DNA of 64,000 bases, taken from positions 110,670,001 to 110,734,000 of the forward strand of contig OX597820.1 of assembly GCA_951406725.2 (NCBI GenBank), written 5' to 3'. The DNA is from Octopus vulgaris. Lineage: Eukaryota. Shown one piece after another: positions 58,972 through 64,000 of this stretch; position 1 is the first letter of the stretch; every line of letters starts with the position of its first letter. The position numbers and the translations under genes were made by a program. The notes under the pieces are model-generated. The model searched no databases, had not been told where the DNA came from, and was given only the letters and a program-made list of their open reading frames with translations.

Positions 58972-59860
58972 TTACCAGACAAACATTTTCATTATAACAT
59001 CACTTTTTGTTTCTATCAGTCTTTTGTTGGCTCCTAAAATCCGTTTCCATAATTCTGCCTTACCTGTCACTTCTAGTTCATCATACACAAGCTGTGTTAA
59101 CATTTCCCATATATTCTCAATTATGTTCAAGTCTGAATTTCTTTCTGGCCATTCAAGTAGACTTATTTTCATGTCTTGTATCCATTTCTTGATTGTTTTT
59201 AACATGTGAATGCTGTAGTTACCCTGTTGGAGAATAAAATTATCTTCCTTCTCTTCTCTAATATGGGCAAGGCTCTCATTTGCAGCAGCTGGATGTGACT
59301 CATACTGTTCTGCCTTCTTTCTAGCCTCCCAAACCAAAAATATTCACTTGGAAAGACCGTGCCCCATACTATTACTCCACCTCTGCTCATCTGTCTTTTG
59401 TTCAACACCACCGGTTCACCTTTCCTTGACCAAGAGCACCAGCCATCAGGTTCATCAAACATAAACCACTTCTTGTCAGTAAAGATTACTTTGGTAAAAT
59501 CAACAGAAGTAGTTAACCCTAATTTTGCAAATTCTAACCTTGCCTTCTTATGTTTTTTGCAGAAACAAATTTTCCTCTTGGCCTTTCCATACTTGGATTC
59601 AATTTCTTTCAATGTTCTTTGAATTGCTCATATATTTACATGTATTTCACATTTCTCCTTCACCTTCTTGCTGTTACCTTTTCTCCAGCTGCTAGTACAC
59701 AGGACACAGTCATTTTCATTCACCTTTGAGTTCTCTTCCCAAGTGACTTTTTCCTTCCTCTTTAGCATATATTCCACTGCAGACTTCAAAAATCTTCAAA
59801 TCAACAACAATTTTTTCAGGCTTAGGCCATCTTCTTTCTTGTTTTGAACTCAAGAGCTTA
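58972..59860 (-). pseudogene. Degenerate Tc1-like transposase
   Basis: KARLEFAK, VIFTDKKWF..EPDG, VIVWG, FILQQGN..H, LEWPERNSDLNIIENIW. Confidence 0.8.
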
Positions 59861-60557
59861 TTTCTTTGAATGCATTCCCCCCCCCCCCCAACAGTTTATT
59901 CACTGTTTCTATACACTCCAGACTGGCCTAGGTGACTGTGTTGAGTGCATGACATAGACAAGCTGCAAAAACAGCAAAATGCATTTTTGTTTAGCTCTGT
60001 GGTATATTGTATTTTTAATGCCCCTTGTCTATAAAGGGATCTTTCCCAAGACAGCTTCTGCATCCTCTGACTTTTCAGTGATATACATACATTGTCATAT
60101 AGATAAAGATTTTAATATGACTGAATTTTTATTGATCCTTATGAATCTCGTGAAGTATTTTGATTAAATTTCTTTAAATATTTCTTATTAAAAAGCGATA
60201 ATGACACAAAAGAATGAAGGAATTATTGTTTTTAAATCAAGAGATGAATTAATTAATTAATTATGCATTTTAACTGTATTTTAGAAATTTGCATGATGGG
60301 GGTCAATAAGTTATCAATGATACCATTAAGGGGTCATTGATATAAGAAAATTGCTGACCCCTGTGTTAGAGTATTATTGTTGGTCGAATGATTGTTAACC
60401 AAGTCTGGCATTCACTGTGGTGTGTGTGTATTGATGGTGTAGAGTGCTGGGGTGCAGTGAATGATAGAAATTTGGAAAGAATGGATATTACTCTCAAGGT
60501 TACTTAGTAATTAAATGTTAATTCTTTTTTTCCTTAATATAAACTTCACATTTTCAG

Positions 60558-60681
60558 GGGTAAATTTGCCAACTTGGAAGACATCACATGCAAAATCAAA
60601 GATGGCTGTACAGAACACCCTCCATGGCCACATGGTATCTGTACGAAATGTCAACCAAATGCTGTCACATTAAACAGACAA
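60558..60681 (+). CDS. NPLOC4: Npl4 coding exon (second zinc finger)
   Basis: [49 protein letters not shown]. Confidence 0.95.
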
Positions 60682-61282
60682 GTAAGTCTTAGTTTTATTG
60701 GAAGTGTTACTTCATTTTTAAACTGATTGTTTTTGTTTTTTTTTTGCTTTTAGTTTCTGCTTGTGATGAAGACAGGGTCTTTAGGTTTGTTTGTGTAACA
60801 TTTTTTGGGTTAATTCTCTTATACTCTTTCTTTAATTTTAGTTAGGTCATTGTTGGTGAAGTGAGATTATTTTGTTTTCTGTCAGAATATGAAGAAAATA
60901 TTCCAGTTGTTTCAGCTCAGCAATTTTTCAACACTGATCAAGTAGACTTATGAGCAAAAACATTCTAACCTTGATTACCATCTCTTTCATTCAGAAATTA
61001 TATCTAAGACTAAACGATACAATGTACTCTTCCACAATTGAGAACAGGAGTTGTAATTTGAGTGAAGTTTGGCTGCTATTTCCAGCAGCTCAAACATTTG
61101 TGTTGAGTCTCTTGTTGACTTGGCTTACTTACATTTGCTAGAGTGAATTTGATTGTCCTAGTTCCTCTTCAGAAAGAATTTGTTTAATTAATTTTCTATT
61201 TTTACTTTACCTGTTGATATGATACACCATCATTGGAACTGACCTGTATATTATAAGTAGTGTTGTATTTTTGTTATAACAG

Positions 61283-61462
61283 ATATACCGGCATGTTGAT
61301 AACATAATGTTTGAAAATCCTAAAATAGCTGAACGTTTCTTGAACTATTGGCGCAGTACAGGTCGACAGCGGCTTGGAATACTCTATGGAAAATATGAGG
61401 TTCATAAAGACGTGCCTTTAGGGATTAAGGCAACAATATTTGCCATCTATGAACCACCTCAG
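61283..61462 (+). CDS. NPLOC4: Npl4 coding exon (MPN domain start)
   Basis: [47 protein letters not shown]. Confidence 0.96.
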
Positions 61463-61497
61463 GTAAAGCAGCAACTTCTTTTTCATTTTCATATATC

Positions 61498-61910
61498 AGG
61501 CATGGCTGTGTGGTTAAGAAATTTACTTCTTAATTATTTGGTTTTTGGGTCAGTCTTACTGCATAGCACTTGGGTAAGGGTCTTCTGCTATATCCTTGGG
61601 TTGACCAAAGCTTTGTGAGATGATTTGGTACACAGAAATTGAAAGAAGCTAGTCGTGTGTGTGTGTTTTACTGTCTCCTTGTTTTGACATTATGTGATAG
61701 TTGAAATGAATGTCACTGACTTACAAGTGATGTCCTTTGTTTCAAATTTTCTGTGAAAATGTGTCTAGCCTTGGGGAAATATTACCTCACTAGGAAACAG
61801 ATAAGGGTTGATGACAGGAAGTGCATCAGGTTGTAAAGAATCTGTCTCAACAAGTTCTGTTCATTCCATGTAAGCATGGAAAAGTGGACCTTATAAAATG
61901 ATAATGATGA
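61498..61910 (+). mobile_element. tRNA SINE with RTE-like tail
   Basis: Head TGGCTGTGTGGTTAAGAA. Tail GGAAGTGCATCAGGTTGTAAA...CCATGTAAGCATGGAAAAGTGGAC..ATGATAATGATGA. Confidence 0.7.
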
Positions 61911-62825
61911 TCATCACTTTATATCTGCTTTTCATGCTGGCATGGGTTTGTTTGGTTCACATGGTCTGAGTTCTTATTGCATGACACTGTGAATTGTAGA
62001 TAGCTCAGAGGACCATCTCTCTCATATACATTTTTGGCTTGGTTTCTATGGCTAAATGCTCTTTCCTCACCAAACACATTACTGAGTATACTGGGTATTC
62101 TTTATAGCACCAGCATAAGAGGGTTTTTCTTGTATACTATACACGTATAGAATTCTTACAATTCTAATAGACACATTACATATTTGCTAGTGACTGATGA
62201 AAATTCCAAATTTTAATAAATAAACATTGTGTTTGACGTAGTAATCTTAATGAGAAACGGTTAATGTTTACTTTTCTGTACTTGCATGGATTAGATGGAA
62301 TTCATTGATGCAGATTTTCTGTGACTGGATGCTCTTCCTGTCATCAGCTATTTTGTTTCCAAGTAAGGTAATATTTCCCTATGGTCAGGCATATTTTATA
62401 TGAAAGTTTGGGAATAATTGACATTTCTTTACAACCATCATGTGATGTCAAGACAAGGACATACTCATATGCATAAATTATATATATCTACTATATAAAT
62501 GTGAGTGTTTGTGGTTGTGTATGTGTGTTTAGCTCAGAAAGGTTCTGGAATGATGCATCCTTGAGAAAAACAAATTTGATTTTCAAAATCTGCGTCCCAG
62601 AGAAAAGTTTTTCCAGCAATAATAATACAAAAATATAATTTGCTTTGATGACTCTCCTCCTTTCTATCTTTCCCCACCACTCTTTGCCACTGTTTGATAC
62701 AGTAGCTGTGTTTTAGATGTTACAAGTATCTGTGGTGGTGGTGAGGTGTCCAAGGTAAGGTTTTTTTGGCATCACCAGATGTTAGTAGTGTAACCATCAT
62801 CTGTCTCCCTCCTTTCTGTTTACAG

Positions 62826-62987
62826 GAAAGTTCTAAAAACCGTATTCAAATAATGAAAGATGAGAATGATGAATTGGTGAAGAGTATAGCTGAAAAGATG
62901 GGACTTCATCCAATTGGCTGGATTTTCACTGATCTTATGGCTGAGGACTTGAAGAAAGCAACTGTGAAACATTATAGAGGCAATCAG
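62826..62987 (+). CDS. NPLOC4: Npl4 coding exon; gene continues beyond the window
   Basis: ESSKNRIQ...MGLHPIGWIFTDL..TVKHYRGNQ, CAG/GT. Confidence 0.93.
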
Positions 62988-63019
62988 GTACAATTTTAAA
63001 ATCCATTTTATAAAGACAA

Positions 63020-63630
63020 ATGTGTAGTGACAGCAGTATATGTTCCAGTACTTTATTTTCTGAGTTCAAATTTTGCTGAGGTTAACTTTCATCCAATTTG
63101 AGTTGATAATAGAAAGTATCATTCAAGTATTGGTGTTGATTTAATCAGCTAACCCCTTAACATCTCTAGCTTTGTACCTCTATTAGAAACAAACCATTGT
63201 TGTTGTTGTTAAGATGATGAGTTGGCAGAATCGTTAGCACGCCAGGTAAAATGCTTTGCAGCATTTCATATGTCTTTACATTCTGAGTTCAAATTCCACT
63301 GAGCATGACTTTGCCTTTCATCCTTTAGGATTAATAAAATAAGTACCAGTTGAGCATTGGGGTTGATGTAATTGACTTGCTCCCATTCATGAACTTGCTA
63401 GCCTTGTACCAAAATTTGAAACCAATATCAAGGTGGTGAACTAGCAAAGTTGTTAGCATATTGTCAGAATACTTAGTGTCATGTAACGAGTTCAAATCAC
63501 AATGAAGTTAACTTTGATTTTCATCTTTTCAGGGTCGATAAAATAAAACCCCAGTAAAGTACTGGAGTTGATGGTATTGACTAATGCCACTCTCCTTAAA
63601 AAATTGCTGGTATGTGTCAAAATTAGAAAG
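63020..63630 (+). mobile_element. Three tandem degenerate tRNA SINE copies (related copy at ~57920-58125)
   Basis: GAGTTCAAAT B-box, CTTTCATCCTTT..GG...ATAAAATAAGTACCAG body and GTACCAAAATTTGAAACC end recur. Confidence 0.7.
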
Positions 63631-64000
63631 AATAATAGTAATAATCCTTTCTACTATTGACACATGGCCTGAAAATTTGTGGGAGGGGTCTAGTTGATCT
63701 CATTGGCTCTATCTAGTACTTGACTGGTACTTAAGCACTGGATTTGATTTAACTGATTGTGTGCTTCTCTGAAGTTTGTAGTCTAGTACCTCTGCTAGTA
63801 ACCATTATTAGAAAGATGGCAGAATTGGAAGAATGTCAGGAAGCTTTGTGGTATTTAGTTACCCTACTTTTCATTCTGGATTCAAATCATGCTTGCAATA
63901 ATTGTTTTAAATTCAATCCTCTTTTGAGTTTGCTTTTAAAGTTGATAAAGAAAGAGAACCAGGATTGATTCAGTGACACAGTCATCATTTAAAAGTGGTC

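Overview
AT-rich eukaryotic genomic DNA. The repeat landscape looks like a coleoid cephalopod (octopus-like); this is inference. About 1-46 kb is a dense pile of transposons, many embedded in (TA)n/(CA)n microsatellites: CR1-group, RTE, Tx1 and HERO-type LINEs, two Penelope-like elements, a hAT, Helitrons and tRNA SINEs. From 46.8 kb to the end lie eight phase-consistent coding exons of NPLOC4/Npl4, with mariner, MITE, RTE, Tc1 and SINE relics in the introns. The most notable observations: (1) four copies of a non-coding composite retroposon built as (240-350 bp monomer)n + conserved core + RTE-like 3' tail + (GAT)n, with 1 to ~28 monomers of three related types, three copies starting at the same monomer phase; (2) a tRNA-headed, hammerhead-bearing element forming a ~500 bp palindrome in an NPLOC4 intron, plus four other hammerhead-like motifs; (3) a SINE/LINE pair sharing a 47-nt 3' end; (4) tandem candidate H-type pseudoknots in the RTE-like tail. 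All calls were made by eye; no database searches or folding programs were run. Poly-IY ORFs are microsatellite artefacts.
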